Source of the DNA: Promethearchaeota archaeon
GTDB taxonomy: Archaea > Asgardarchaeota > Lokiarchaeia > Sigyniarchaeales > SOKP01
Length of the DNA stretch: 48,823 nucleotides
Assembly: GCA_013375475.1 (NCBI GenBank)
Contig: JABXKD010000018.1
Location: forward strand, 306 to 49,128
Direction: 5' to 3'
This document shows, one piece after another, positions 29,313-39,327 of this stretch. Made by a program: the position numbers and the translations under genes. Every line of letters starts with the position of its first letter. The stretch's first letter is position 1. The notes beneath the pieces were generated by a model that saw only the letters and a program-made list of their open reading frames with translations, had not been told where the DNA came from and made no database searches.

Positions 29313-29552
29313 TTCCGCCCACCTTTTAACTTTTTTTAATAATATTTAATTTTAAATTGATAATTTATTTCTAAAGTTTTTTTTGACATTTTCTCGTTAT
29401 TGATATGAACTTATATAAATAGTCTCTTTTTCTTTTATTAAACTTTACTAAGCTATTAACTTTTTATAAGGAGTATTTATTTTATTGAATACAGTTAAAA
29501 AATAAAACAACAGTATTATAAAATTATTGTTAAATTTTCTTAGTGGACTTGG

Positions 29553-30353
29553 ATGGTTAAATTAAGTCTTGGATGCGCTGGATGGGATTATAAAGACTGG
29601 GTGGGGACATTTTATCCTAAACCTCTTGAGAGTTATAATCATTTAGAGTTCTACTCGAATTTTTTTGATATAATTGAGATTAATTCAACTTTTTATAATC
29701 TCCCTAATCGAACCACAGTAAGTAAGTGGTATAACCAAGTTTCAGCGAATTTTAAGTTTGTAGTTAAAGTGTGGCAAAAAATTACTCATAATTTAAATGA
29801 TTCCGATCTCGATCATTTAGTTTCTCAATTTTTTATTCAATTATCTCCTTTACGAGAAAAGGTTGTAGCATATTTACTGCAATTTCCTCCATGGTTTAAG
29901 TTCACGGAAAAACACTTTAAACAGTTAAAATTCTTATCTAAAGAACTCCCTCCGGAGCATAAATATATAATAGAATTACGGGATAACTCTTGGTTTAAAG
30001 AAGAAATAGTTTCAGAGATTATTGACGGATCACGCTTTATTTTAGGAACAACTTACATGCCAGGAATAGAAGCTTATTATTTAACAAACCAAAATTTTTA
30101 TTATATTCGCCTTATTGGTGACCGAGAGCTAAGCGTGTTTAACAGAATTCAAAGAAATCAAGAAGAAAGCATAGAAGATCTTATTAGAAATTTACAAATG
30201 CTTGAAAAAGTCTCTAAAATTTATGAAATTTTCATTATTGTGAACAACCACTTCCAGGGGAATGCTCCTGAATCTGTCAATTTACTCAAAAAGCGATTAA
30301 ATCTACCCCTTAAAGAGTTCACTCAACAGAAGAAATTATCAGATTACTTATAA
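29553..30353 (+). CDS. DUF72 family protein
   Basis: GCAGWDYKDW.G.FYP, EINSTFY, QFPP, ELRDNSW, YIRLIG and NNH motifs. Confidence 0.92.
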   Translation: MVKLSLGCAGWDYKDWVGTFYPKPLESYNHLEFYSNFFDIIEINSTFYNLPNRTTVSKWYNQVSANFKFVVKVWQKITHNLNDSDLDHLVSQFFIQLSPLREKVVAYLLQFPPWFKFTEKHFKQLKFLSKELPPEHKYIIELRDNSWFKEEIVSEIIDGSRFILGTTYMPGIEAYYLTNQNFYYIRLIGDRELSVFNRIQRNQEESIEDLIRNLQMLEKVSKIYEIFIIVNNHFQGNAPESVNLLKKRLNLPLKEFTQQKKLSDYL

Positions 30354-30389
30354 GCTTACAAATCCAAAAATAAAAAATAAAATAAAAAA

Positions 30390-31088
30390 TTAGAGAATAT
30401 TCATAAATATACTTATCCCGAAACCCCATAGCAAAATTCCTTGAACCAATCCGAAGACCCCTATGACGAGTGCAATAGGAGGCCATGAAAGGAATTTTGA
30501 AATTGCTTGGAGAACTCCAATGTAAAATTTGGCAGTCAAAGCTACTATTGCTGCAACCACAATTAATACGATAATGAGTAATAATTTTGGATTTATCCAT
30601 TCAGCAATTATTACTTCCCATCCTGGAGGAATCAATGCGGCTAAGATTGCTGCTGCTGCTGTACCTGCTAATAATCCTATTATACTTGCGAGTGGTAAGT
30701 CATTGATTGGTTTAAAAAACATCGCAATGCCAACGACAATCAAGAATATGCATGTAAAGTGATCTGCATTAGCATTAATCGCCCCATATGCAAAACTTGG
30801 AGGGATATTTAAAATTAAACCCATTGATCCTGCCCAAACATCAAGGATTCCAACAACAACACCAGAATAAGATATAATTCTTAAGGTTATTTTCAAAAGC
30901 TTGGAAAGAGCTGAGGTTTTTTCGGATTTTCTTTTGAAGAACGAACCCCTACGTACCAATTCGAACCCAAACCATGACATAGCAACAATTCCGCTTAAGA
31001 GAACAAAGATTCCCGCTGATTCTGAAACCCAATTAAAGAAACCTACTATGTATGGCCAATACTCTGTTTGTAATAACAAATAAATCAC
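30390..31088 (-). CDS. Hypothetical polytopic membrane protein
   Basis: About six hydrophobic segments. Start may be the TTG at 31079. Confidence 0.75.
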   Translation of the reverse strand: MIYLLLQTEYWPYIVGFFNWVSESAGIFVLLSGIVAMSWFGFELVRRGSFFKRKSEKTSALSKLLKITLRIISYSGVVVGILDVWAGSMGLILNIPPSFAYGAINANADHFTCIFLIVVGIAMFFKPINDLPLASIIGLLAGTAAAAILAALIPPGWEVIIAEWINPKLLLIIVLIVVAAIVALTAKFYIGVLQAISKFLSWPPIALVIGVFGLVQGILLWGFGISIFMNIL

Positions 31089-31218
31089 ATCAAAATTAGG
31101 TAAATTTTAATAAATATATCGAGTATGCTTTTAAATATTTATTGTAATGTTGTTTCTTATTAATCACTCGATCTTACATATTATAAAATTTTAAATATAT
31201 GAAGTCTATCTTTTTTTT

Positions 31219-32511
31219 ATGGACACTATCGAAAACTTAAAGAAATTAGGTCTTAAAGAAAATCGTAAATATTTAATCCTTATTGTATGGCTTCTCCTGA
31301 ATATTACAATTATTCAACTTCCTTTTGGGTTTTCAGTACAAATTTTTGCTGTCAACATGGATATATTAGATTTAATCGGCGTCGTAACGTACATCCCTTT
31401 TCTAACCTTCTTAGTCTTTACGTTTTTATACTCGCTTATAGCTAAAAAAGATGTTAAAGATATAGCTTCATGGAAAGTACTTTTGACTTTCTTCTTGACT
31501 CTCCCACTAATGTTTTTCTTGATTCCAATTATGGTAGGAATCTTTTTATTCTCGATATTTTCTTACTTTTTCTTTACATCGTGGTTTATATTATATGGTG
31601 CTTATCTTTCGAGTAAAAGATTAGACGACAACCTTAAAAAGCGCGTTCATAGTACATTTTACAGAGTAATTCAATTCTTTGGTGGCTCTATCCTTTCAAT
31701 CGTTCTATTAACTGCTTACGTATTCGGTTCACAAAGTATTGGGAACTTAATAGGTGTTACTTTTACTCAAGGCGTTTATGATACTTTGAACTATGTGGTA
31801 ATTTTTATCGGGGTTATAATTCTAATTTTTATTACCGTCGGAATCATCTTCATGTTCAAAAGAATATTTAACGCTTGGCTTGGGATGTTTTCTTTATCAG
31901 TGGTAATTTACACTTTTTATTTACTCATCAAGATCTTTTTCGCTATTAGAAGCACAGGTGGAGAGGAATCTTCAACTACAACTCAAGTTGTAATGTTATT
32001 TCTTGATCTATTTATACTGCTCTATTCTATTAGCACTTTAATGGGGTCTCAAGCTGAACTTTTAAGTAAAAATATTGGAATTAAGCGAATTGGAGTCGAC
32101 TCAATTTTAATTTGGTTAGTATTTTCAAAAGTAGCGTATGAGTTTATTCATAATTATCCATTTCAACTATTTAGCGCCTTCGCTTATATTGATTTCATAG
32201 ATTTTTTAGATGAGGCAATTATTAATCTGAGTAAAAATATTGGGGTTCTGTTTTTCTTTCTAATTCTTTTGGTAGCATTGGGATTCCACCAGATAAGGAA
32301 ATATAATCTTAACGAGAGAAAGTTTAAAGATAAAGTTGACCAAGAAGTTAAAGATCTATTAAGCCCAGTAGATTTTGTAGAACAAGTGAAAGAACCTCTC
32401 CATGCACCGGATTCCATAGTTGAGGAAGAAAATGGGGAGTTAGAATCCTACGAAGAAGAGGACTCCAGTTCCGAATCTCTTGAGAATGATAATTCCGAAA
32501 ATTTTTTCTAA
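31219..32511 (+). CDS. Hypothetical polytopic membrane protein with acidic C-terminal tail
   Basis: About ten TM segments followed by an E/S/D-rich tail. Confidence 0.8.
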   Translation: MDTIENLKKLGLKENRKYLILIVWLLLNITIIQLPFGFSVQIFAVNMDILDLIGVVTYIPFLTFLVFTFLYSLIAKKDVKDIASWKVLLTFFLTLPLMFFLIPIMVGIFLFSIFSYFFFTSWFILYGAYLSSKRLDDNLKKRVHSTFYRVIQFFGGSILSIVLLTAYVFGSQSIGNLIGVTFTQGVYDTLNYVVIFIGVIILIFITVGIIFMFKRIFNAWLGMFSLSVVIYTFYLLIKIFFAIRSTGGEESSTTTQVVMLFLDLFILLYSISTLMGSQAELLSKNIGIKRIGVDSILIWLVFSKVAYEFIHNYPFQLFSAFAYIDFIDFLDEAIINLSKNIGVLFFFLILLVALGFHQIRKYNLNERKFKDKVDQEVKDLLSPVDFVEQVKEPLHAPDSIVEEENGELESYEEEDSSSESLENDNSENFF

Positions 32512-32661
32512 CAATAATACCTCTTTCTTTCTTTTTTTTCCATTTTTAAGTTCTTAATGATAAGAAACTACTAAATCTAACGAGATTAATCCTTTAATAA
32601 TTAGTTTTATTAACCAATAAATCAAAACATATCACACTTAATTTAATAGGTGCCATCTCTA

Positions 32662-33186
32662 ATGAGTGAAAGTGAGAACATAATTGATAAGGAATTGTTT
32701 CTCGAAAAATTTGAAAAAATGTCGTTAAAAATTGAACAGTTAACGCTTGAAATCTCGAAGATGAGAGAAAAACTAGAAAAAACCAACAAAATTAACAGGA
32801 GTTTTGGATTAGAGGCACTAAAAAATTCTAAACCTTTAACATTTGCACGAGAGATTCATGGGATAAAAAGCCCTACAAAACTTTACATTTTGTCAATTAG
32901 AACTGTGTCTGAATTATGGAAAGGAAGAAAAAATGATTTTTTACTTGCTATTAGACAACAAGAAAAAGAAACTCATATGGACCTTAAAGCGCTAGGAATT
33001 AGAATCCCAATTGATGATATGAAAAATCTTACAACTTTGGCAAAAGAAGTCCTTTCAATGCTCTATATTTCTAGTGAACTAAAGGGAATTGAAGTTACGG
33101 AAATCCTAAGAGATATAATTTCCCAAATCAATAAAGATGGACAAGAAATGGTTCGAGAAGTAAAAGAAAATGTGGCACTTCAATAA
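32662..33186 (+). CDS. Hypothetical protein: coiled coil plus possible PC4-like domain
   Basis: ATG at 32662 follows AGGTG. N-terminal heptads, then LLAIRQQ...GIRIPIDDMKNL. Confidence 0.7.
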   Translation: MSESENIIDKELFLEKFEKMSLKIEQLTLEISKMREKLEKTNKINRSFGLEALKNSKPLTFAREIHGIKSPTKLYILSIRTVSELWKGRKNDFLLAIRQQEKETHMDLKALGIRIPIDDMKNLTTLAKEVLSMLYISSELKGIEVTEILRDIISQINKDGQEMVREVKENVALQ

Positions 33187-33226
33187 GATTGCGTATTATA
33201 ATGAAGCCAATGTAATCGTAGAATAA

Positions 33227-33874
33227 TTACTTTTTTCTGAGGAGGTATACATTTACCATTTCACTGTTTAATTCTTCAATTCTAATATCAGCGCGATCAA
33301 TAAAATCTCTCGGATATATGTAATCAATTTTAAATCCATATTTTTTAAAATCCACTTCGATCTGTTTGTTAGTCCATTCAATAATAACAATAATACCATC
33401 ATTCTTGACAACTCTTACGCATTCGTTAAGGGCTTTCTCTCTATTTTTAACATGCTGTAATGTATCGTATAAGAAAATACCATCAAAAGATTCATTAGCA
33501 AAAGTTAGTTTCTGAACATCGAAATTTTGATACCTTATTTGGTTTTCCACTCCAAGATTCTTTGCAGACGTTCTCCAATCATCCCATGATTCCCCATGAT
33601 GTTCTTCATGGCTCTCGTAGTGAATTTCGTTATTGTGTTCATGATGATGATCGTGATGATTTCCTTCATCTCCCTCAGGACCCATCTCAGGTTCACCAGT
33701 TAAAACCTGAAATCCATTTAACGCGAGCAATATTGACATCGCCCCCATACCTATTCCGACATCTAAAATCTTGGAATCTTTATCTAGATTTAAATTATTA
33801 ATTACCTCATTAATGAAATCTACATCAGAGGCAAAATCGCGAAATATCTTCTTATATTTTGTTAAATCTATCAT
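33227..33874 (-). CDS. Class I SAM methyltransferase with His-rich insertion
   Basis: ILDVGIGMG, ESFDGI, TLQHV and RVVKNDG motifs; insert NHHDHHHEHNNEIHYESHEEHH. Confidence 0.88.
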   Translation of the reverse strand: MIDLTKYKKIFRDFASDVDFINEVINNLNLDKDSKILDVGIGMGAMSILLALNGFQVLTGEPEMGPEGDEGNHHDHHHEHNNEIHYESHEEHHGESWDDWRTSAKNLGVENQIRYQNFDVQKLTFANESFDGIFLYDTLQHVKNREKALNECVRVVKNDGIIVIIEWTNKQIEVDFKKYGFKIDYIYPRDFIDRADIRIEELNSEMVNVYLLRKK

Positions 33875-33948
33875 TTCACAACAAATTCGATAGATTAGAA
33901 GTACTTAATAATTTAGGGGTAATAAAATAAAAATAATAAATTTTAAAA

Positions 33949-35247
33949 TTATTTTCGATACACACCATATTTATGAACGGCGTCAGTCATTGCTTTCACA
34001 TTCTCATGTCTTGCTTCATTAGGGATTCCTGAAACTCCGCCATCAACGAGATATCCGCCGCCTTCCATGCAACCTTCTATACATTTTTTAACATATTCTT
34101 CGACAGCGCTTGGGGGACCACCTACTAATAGAGATGCAGGAACATTTCCTCTGATACACACATCATCACCCATCATTTCCTTGACTTTGATGATATCTGT
34201 ATCGTGGAACCAGTAGACAGCTTTCGCTTTATGCGTTCTTGCGAACTCTGCTAAATATTCTAGCCGATCTGAATATCTTCCCTCAAAAAATGGCATTGGA
34301 ATAATATCTTTCTTAATCATTAGATCCATGAGTCTTGTTAAGGATGGCCAATAGAACTCCTCAAACTGAGCATTAGACATGAATCCATCGGCACCTCTAT
34401 GTAAAGGTATAAAAGAAAGCGTAATTGTGTTTTCATCGGGGTCTCCTAATTGCAAAGGAGAATTTTCCATAGCTGTTAAGCAGGGTTCAACTAATCGATC
34501 GCATATTGTCTTTAATTCCTCAGGGTTTCTGATCATGTCTAACATTGCACCCCTCATACCTCTCAATGTATCCGAAACCATGTCAAATGGCGCTTGTGCT
34601 ATGGCAAATTGCCCAGCTACGGGATTTCCCATTTTTTTCATTTTTTTCGGGTAGCTTTGCATTCCCATTAATCCGCCAATCATACTTCTCAATGTTTTCT
34701 TGTATCTTTTTATCAGTTTTTTCACATCTTTATCTATGAAAAAGAAGAAAAAACCTATTCCATTAAACATCATGGCCAAATCAGATAATTGAGGGAATTT
34801 TTTCAAAATTTTTAACGAATCATTTTGGGCTGGTACTACATTTCTAATTAGATAACCCGTAGGATCTTTTAAAAGTTCTTCATATTCTGATGCTTCCATC
34901 CATGGCTTTTCTATATATTGATAAGGTTTATTATCTTCTAAACAAAATTCTGGATTTGCTGCTCCAGGCCACTTCATTGCAGTGACTCCAAGTCCGTCAT
35001 TTAATTTTCCCATTCCTGGAAAAAGAAGGGTTGGATAAAGATCCCAATCATATCGACTATACACTTTTATCGCAGCTTTAGCATATTTTCTACCTTTGTA
35101 CATCGCCTCTTTATGAGTCATACCTGCTTGTAGAGCTGGAAAGAATATATCTGAAAAAGGTGTAATCGGGACGCGATCAGGTTCTTTTAAAGCGACAGCA
35201 TCTCTCACTCTTTGAACTTTTTCTTTTAGTATTTGTTCTGTATCCAT
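33949..35247 (-). CDS. Uroporphyrinogen decarboxylase-like (MtaA/CmuA superfamily) protein
   Basis: EPDRVP, APFD...LRG, FMSNAQFEEFYWP, CIRGNVP and GGGY motifs; adjacent to a corrinoid protein. Confidence 0.88.
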   Translation of the reverse strand: MDTEQILKEKVQRVRDAVALKEPDRVPITPFSDIFFPALQAGMTHKEAMYKGRKYAKAAIKVYSRYDWDLYPTLLFPGMGKLNDGLGVTAMKWPGAANPEFCLEDNKPYQYIEKPWMEASEYEELLKDPTGYLIRNVVPAQNDSLKILKKFPQLSDLAMMFNGIGFFFFFIDKDVKKLIKRYKKTLRSMIGGLMGMQSYPKKMKKMGNPVAGQFAIAQAPFDMVSDTLRGMRGAMLDMIRNPEELKTICDRLVEPCLTAMENSPLQLGDPDENTITLSFIPLHRGADGFMSNAQFEEFYWPSLTRLMDLMIKKDIIPMPFFEGRYSDRLEYLAEFARTHKAKAVYWFHDTDIIKVKEMMGDDVCIRGNVPASLLVGGPPSAVEEYVKKCIEGCMEGGGYLVDGGVSGIPNEARHENVKAMTDAVHKYGVYRK

Positions 35248-35253
35248 CTTTAT

Positions 35254-35889
35254 TTAAACCTCCGTCCATTTAGTTGCTAAATTTACGGCATCAACAGCAC
35301 TTTCTCCGTAAGCATCAGCTCCAACAAAATCAACGATTCTCTCGTCAACAGTACCTCCTCCAATCATAATTTTCACTCCGTCTCTTAAACCTGCAGCTTT
35401 TAGTTTTTCAATTATTTCTTTCATTGAATCATATGCTAGCGTTAGGAAACCACTTAAAGCTAATACTTTAGGGTGAAATTCCTTCAAGCTCTGGATAAAT
35501 TTGTCTGCGGGAACATCTACTCCTAAATCCATTACTTCGAATCCGTTCGCGTCTAGCATAAATTTAACGACATCTTTGCCTATGTCATGAATATCGCCAA
35601 AAACTGTTCCTAATAACACTTTTCCTTTCTTTTCTCCACCTTTCTGTGCTTCCTTTAGTTTTGGACCTAGAGCTTGGAATATTTGTGTTAAAATTTCTCC
35701 CGACATAATTAATTCAGGAAGAAAATAATCTTTATTGGTAAATTTATCGCCTATAATCTTCATAGCCTCCTTGACATCATCCATTATCTTAAGGGGATCT
35801 TCGTTGTTTTGAAGCCGTTCTTTTGTCATTTCATATACATTATTCTCATTTAATTCAACTATTTCGTTTATAAAATCTATAATAATCAC
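35254..35889 (-). CDS. Corrinoid (B12-binding) methyl-acceptor protein, MtaC-like
   Basis: Cap domain YFLPEL, GDIHDIGKD (DxHxxG), DLGVDVP and IGGG motifs. Confidence 0.93.
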   Translation of the reverse strand: MIIIDFINEIVELNENNVYEMTKERLQNNEDPLKIMDDVKEAMKIIGDKFTNKDYFLPELIMSGEILTQIFQALGPKLKEAQKGGEKKGKVLLGTVFGDIHDIGKDVVKFMLDANGFEVMDLGVDVPADKFIQSLKEFHPKVLALSGFLTLAYDSMKEIIEKLKAAGLRDGVKIMIGGGTVDERIVDFVGADAYGESAVDAVNLATKWTEV

Positions 35890-36055
35890 ATCTTAATGTT
35901 TTTGAATTATTATTTATAATTACGATCTTACCTTCTATAAAAAACTATCTTATTCTGATTTTCTCTTATTTAATAATGAGTATTTGATAACTCAAAACTT
36001 AAAAACTTAAAATAATTAGAGAAAACTAATTTAAAAAGAGAAAGTAGTGAAGATA

Positions 36056-36550
36056 ATGAAAGTTTTGTTAGTTTACTTCTCGTTGGGAGGAAGAACTAAA
36101 AAGGTTTCCGAAAAAATTGCAGAAGGGCTTGATATTTCAGATGTAAGCATCGAATTTTTTGAATATACTAAGAAGTCCAGAGAAATGATACCGGAACAAA
36201 ACGACATTATGAAAGGAGACCTCTCAAATTTTAAGTATAATGAGAGTATTATGGATCTTGCTCCTTAAAATCTCATATTTTTTGGATTTCCTACACATGG
36301 AGGACGTCCTGCAACTGTATTCAATGGATATTTACAACACGCCCAAAATCTTGACGGGAAAAAATTTGTTGTCTATAATACATGTAGAATGATACCAGGA
36401 AAAACTCTTGATATAATGCAAGCCGAAATTGAACGGAGGGGAGGTTCTGTAGCAAATAAACGGATTTTCAAGGGTTTAATCAGGATCAAAATGACGAAAG
36501 TAGAAGATTTCATTGAGGAACTCAATCAAGAACTGATGAAGTCAAACTAG
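36056..36550 (+). pseudogene. Flavodoxin-like gene interrupted by an in-frame TAA at 36266-36268
   Basis: VYFSLGGRTKKV start. After MDLAP* the same frame continues NLIFFGFPTHGGRPATVFNGYLQHAQNLDGKKFVVYNTC... to TAG at 36550. Confidence 0.88.
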
Positions 36551-36576
36551 AAATAGACTTTAAATTTGTTTAAATT

Positions 36577-36598
36577 TCGTGAAACAGAAGTTTCACGA
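36577..36598. other. Perfect 9-bp inverted repeat (hairpin or operator)
   Basis: TCGTGAAAC-AGAA-GTTTCACGA, 26 nt after the flavodoxin stop and followed by a T-rich tract. Confidence 0.5.
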
Positions 36599-37183
36599 TG
36601 TGTATTTATTGTTTTTTTAACAAAATAGTAATTATTTATGCTTCGGTGCACATATTTAGTGTAATTGTAATTTTAGAAATTCGAGTATAGGCAATATAAA
36701 TATGCCTCCATAAACCGAATAATCCTCATTCTTATTAAATTAATTCAAATATAAAATTCAAGAAAATGATACTATAATAATTTAATTTATGTAATCAACT
36801 TTTAAAGAATAATTAAAAGATTTGAATCCAAAAAAGGGATATATTGGAGTAAACATCATAAAAAGGCTTCTTATGTTATCTTACCTTTAATAGATAGGGA
36901 TAGAAAGATTTATAAATAAAGTTAATTTTCTTTGATTTCAATATTAAAGGATTATTCAAATAAAAAAAAACCAAATCTATATAAAATTCAGATTAGATTC
37001 ATACAAATATAGTGCATGATGACAATATACGATATTGTATTCAGAAGAAACTTAGCTAATTTCTACAAGGTTTATGATAGAGTTTTTTTGGAAGAACTAT
37101 GGCTAATTATTATAATTTCAAGTTTATGTAGTTTTTCAATAGCTTTTAATAATAAAAAACAAAACAATAAATAAAAAAAGAAA

Positions 37184-39130
37184 ATGAATACTGAGAATAA
37201 AAAGAGGAGCAGTACCGATATAGGAAAAGGGGGAAACATTAATTCACATTGTCTTGGACCCTTAAATAATCTAGAGGAATATGTTAAGAAAGACTGGTGG
37301 AAAAGGATTTTCAATTCTTATTATTTGAAAACAGATGGGGATGTTGTTGAAGATAAAAAGATTACTTCATATGAGATTGATGTTTTTTCAAAGATTTTGG
37401 AATTAAAACCAGAAAATAAAATTTTAGATCTTTGTTGTGGTCAAGGACGCCATTCAATTGAATTAGCAAAAAGGGGATTTGAAAATATTGAAGGTTTGGA
37501 TCGATCAAGATTCTTAATACAAAAAGCCAGAACTAGTGCGAAAAAAAATGGTGTTATATGCAAATTTCGCGAAGGAGATGCCCGAAAATTGCCACATTCT
37601 CCAGATTCATTTGACGTTATTATGATCTTAGGGAATAGTTTCGGTTATTTTGAAGCAATAAATGATGATTTAAAAGTGTTAAAGGAGGCATTTCGTACTC
37701 TTAAACCATGGGGGAAAATACTCATTGATATTACAGAGGGTGAGTATTTAAGAAATAATTTTCAACAACGTTCCTGGGAATGGATTGATAAAGAATTTTT
37801 CGTATGTCGTGAAAGATCTTTATCTTTAAATAAACAACGACTAATTTCTCGTGAAGTTATTACACACGTTAATAAAGGTGTACTCGTGGATCAATTTTAT
37901 GCTGAAAGACTGTATTCCGAGGATCAAATTACAGGGATATTAGAGAAAGCAGGTTTTAGTGATATAACATTTCATGGTATTATTCAACCTGAATCTCAAC
38001 GAGATCAGGATTTAGGAATGATGGAAAGAAGACTTCAAGTAACCGCTAGAGTAAAAAAAGAATGGACATCTGTTAAAAAAAAAATTAATCCTCTTGAAAA
38101 AAATGTGGTAGTATTATTAGGAGACCCAAATAAGCCTGATCTGCTTAAACCCTCGACAATCTTCGATGAGGATGATCTGTATACCATAGATAAATTAAAA
38201 GCAGCATTAAAAGAGATAAGAGGATATAATTTTACTTACTTAAATGAACATGACACTATAATTCAAGATTTACTTAAAATGAAGGGAAAAATTGATTACA
38301 TTTTCAATCTATGCGATGAAGGTTATTACAATGATCCTCGAAAAGAATTACATCTCCCTGCTCTTTTGGAAATGCTTAAAATTCCTTATTCCGGGTCTGG
38401 TCCACAATGCCTTGCTTTCTGTTATGATAAATCGTTAATAAGAGGTATAGCTACAGAGTTAGAAATCCCTGTATCAGACGCAATATTTATTAAACCGGGA
38501 GATAAAACTATTGACTTAACATTATATTTCCCTGCTATTGTAAAGCCTAATTTCGGGGATTCAAGTTTTGGAATTACTCAAAGGAGTGTGGTTAATAATG
38601 GAGAAGAATTGTTAAATGCAATAACAGAAATTAGAGAAAAATTTGGATATGATAAACCAATTTTAATTGAACAATTCCTCACTGGAAAAGATTTAACATT
38701 AGGTATTATTGGGAATCCTCCTGATGATTATATTATTCTACCGATAATCGAAGAAGATTATTCTAGCTTACCTCAAGGATTACCAAAGATATGTGGATAT
38801 GAGGCTAAGTGGCTTCCAGATTCCCCTTATTGGAATATTAAGTCAATACCTGCCCACCTTCCGGAAAAAGTCACTCAGTTAATCGAATCATGTTCTTTAA
38901 AATTATTTGAAAGATTAGAATGCAAAGATTATGTAAGATTTGACTGGAGACTTGATAAGGAGGGAAATCCTAAATTATTAGAAGTTAATCCAAATCCGGG
39001 TTGGTGTTGGGATGGACACTTAGCTAAAATGTCCAAAATATCTGGCTATTCATATAAAGAAATGTTACTACAAATTATTCAAACTGTCGAGCATCGATTA
39101 AAAGTTTATAAAGATAAAGAAGAATTTTAG
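37184..39130 (+). CDS. Fusion of SAM methyltransferase and D-Ala-D-Ala-ligase-like ATP-grasp domain
   Basis: LDLCCGQGRH and GDAR in the N-half; IPYSGS, DK, VKP..GDSSFGI, EQFL.G, RFDWR and EVNPNPG in the C-half. Confidence 0.9.
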   Translation: MNTENKKRSSTDIGKGGNINSHCLGPLNNLEEYVKKDWWKRIFNSYYLKTDGDVVEDKKITSYEIDVFSKILELKPENKILDLCCGQGRHSIELAKRGFENIEGLDRSRFLIQKARTSAKKNGVICKFREGDARKLPHSPDSFDVIMILGNSFGYFEAINDDLKVLKEAFRTLKPWGKILIDITEGEYLRNNFQQRSWEWIDKEFFVCRERSLSLNKQRLISREVITHVNKGVLVDQFYAERLYSEDQITGILEKAGFSDITFHGIIQPESQRDQDLGMMERRLQVTARVKKEWTSVKKKINPLEKNVVVLLGDPNKPDLLKPSTIFDEDDLYTIDKLKAALKEIRGYNFTYLNEHDTIIQDLLKMKGKIDYIFNLCDEGYYNDPRKELHLPALLEMLKIPYSGSGPQCLAFCYDKSLIRGIATELEIPVSDAIFIKPGDKTIDLTLYFPAIVKPNFGDSSFGITQRSVVNNGEELLNAITEIREKFGYDKPILIEQFLTGKDLTLGIIGNPPDDYIILPIIEEDYSSLPQGLPKICGYEAKWLPDSPYWNIKSIPAHLPEKVTQLIESCSLKLFERLECKDYVRFDWRLDKEGNPKLLEVNPNPGWCWDGHLAKMSKISGYSYKEMLLQIIQTVEHRLKVYKDKEEF

Positions 39131-39327
39131 AATGATGAATTAAAATTTCTATCCTATTTTAAAAATTTTTTTTAATTAATTTATTAAATCTTAAAATAGT
39201 GATATAGACCGCTTTTTGATAAATATCATTTAGAGTAGAAACACATTAGGAACTGTTATATATTTCAAGTTCATTCTTATTGATTAATTATTAAATTGAA
39301 AATAAAATTATGTAGAGATGAGATAGA

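Noticed and set aside
36266-36268. Stop-codon recoding (Sec/Pyl) in the flavodoxin
   Set aside because: The codon is TAA at a Tyr position, not TGA or TAG.
36687-36720. Fluoride-riboswitch-like TAGGCAAT...TGCCT...AAACCG
   Set aside because: It lacks the GAUG core and the downstream pseudoknot partner, and no fluoride-related gene follows.
36810-36918. Short protein-like frame KRFESKKGIYWSKHHKKASYVILPLIDRDRKIYK
   Set aside because: No start codon and too short to assign; a gene remnant cannot be supported without a search.
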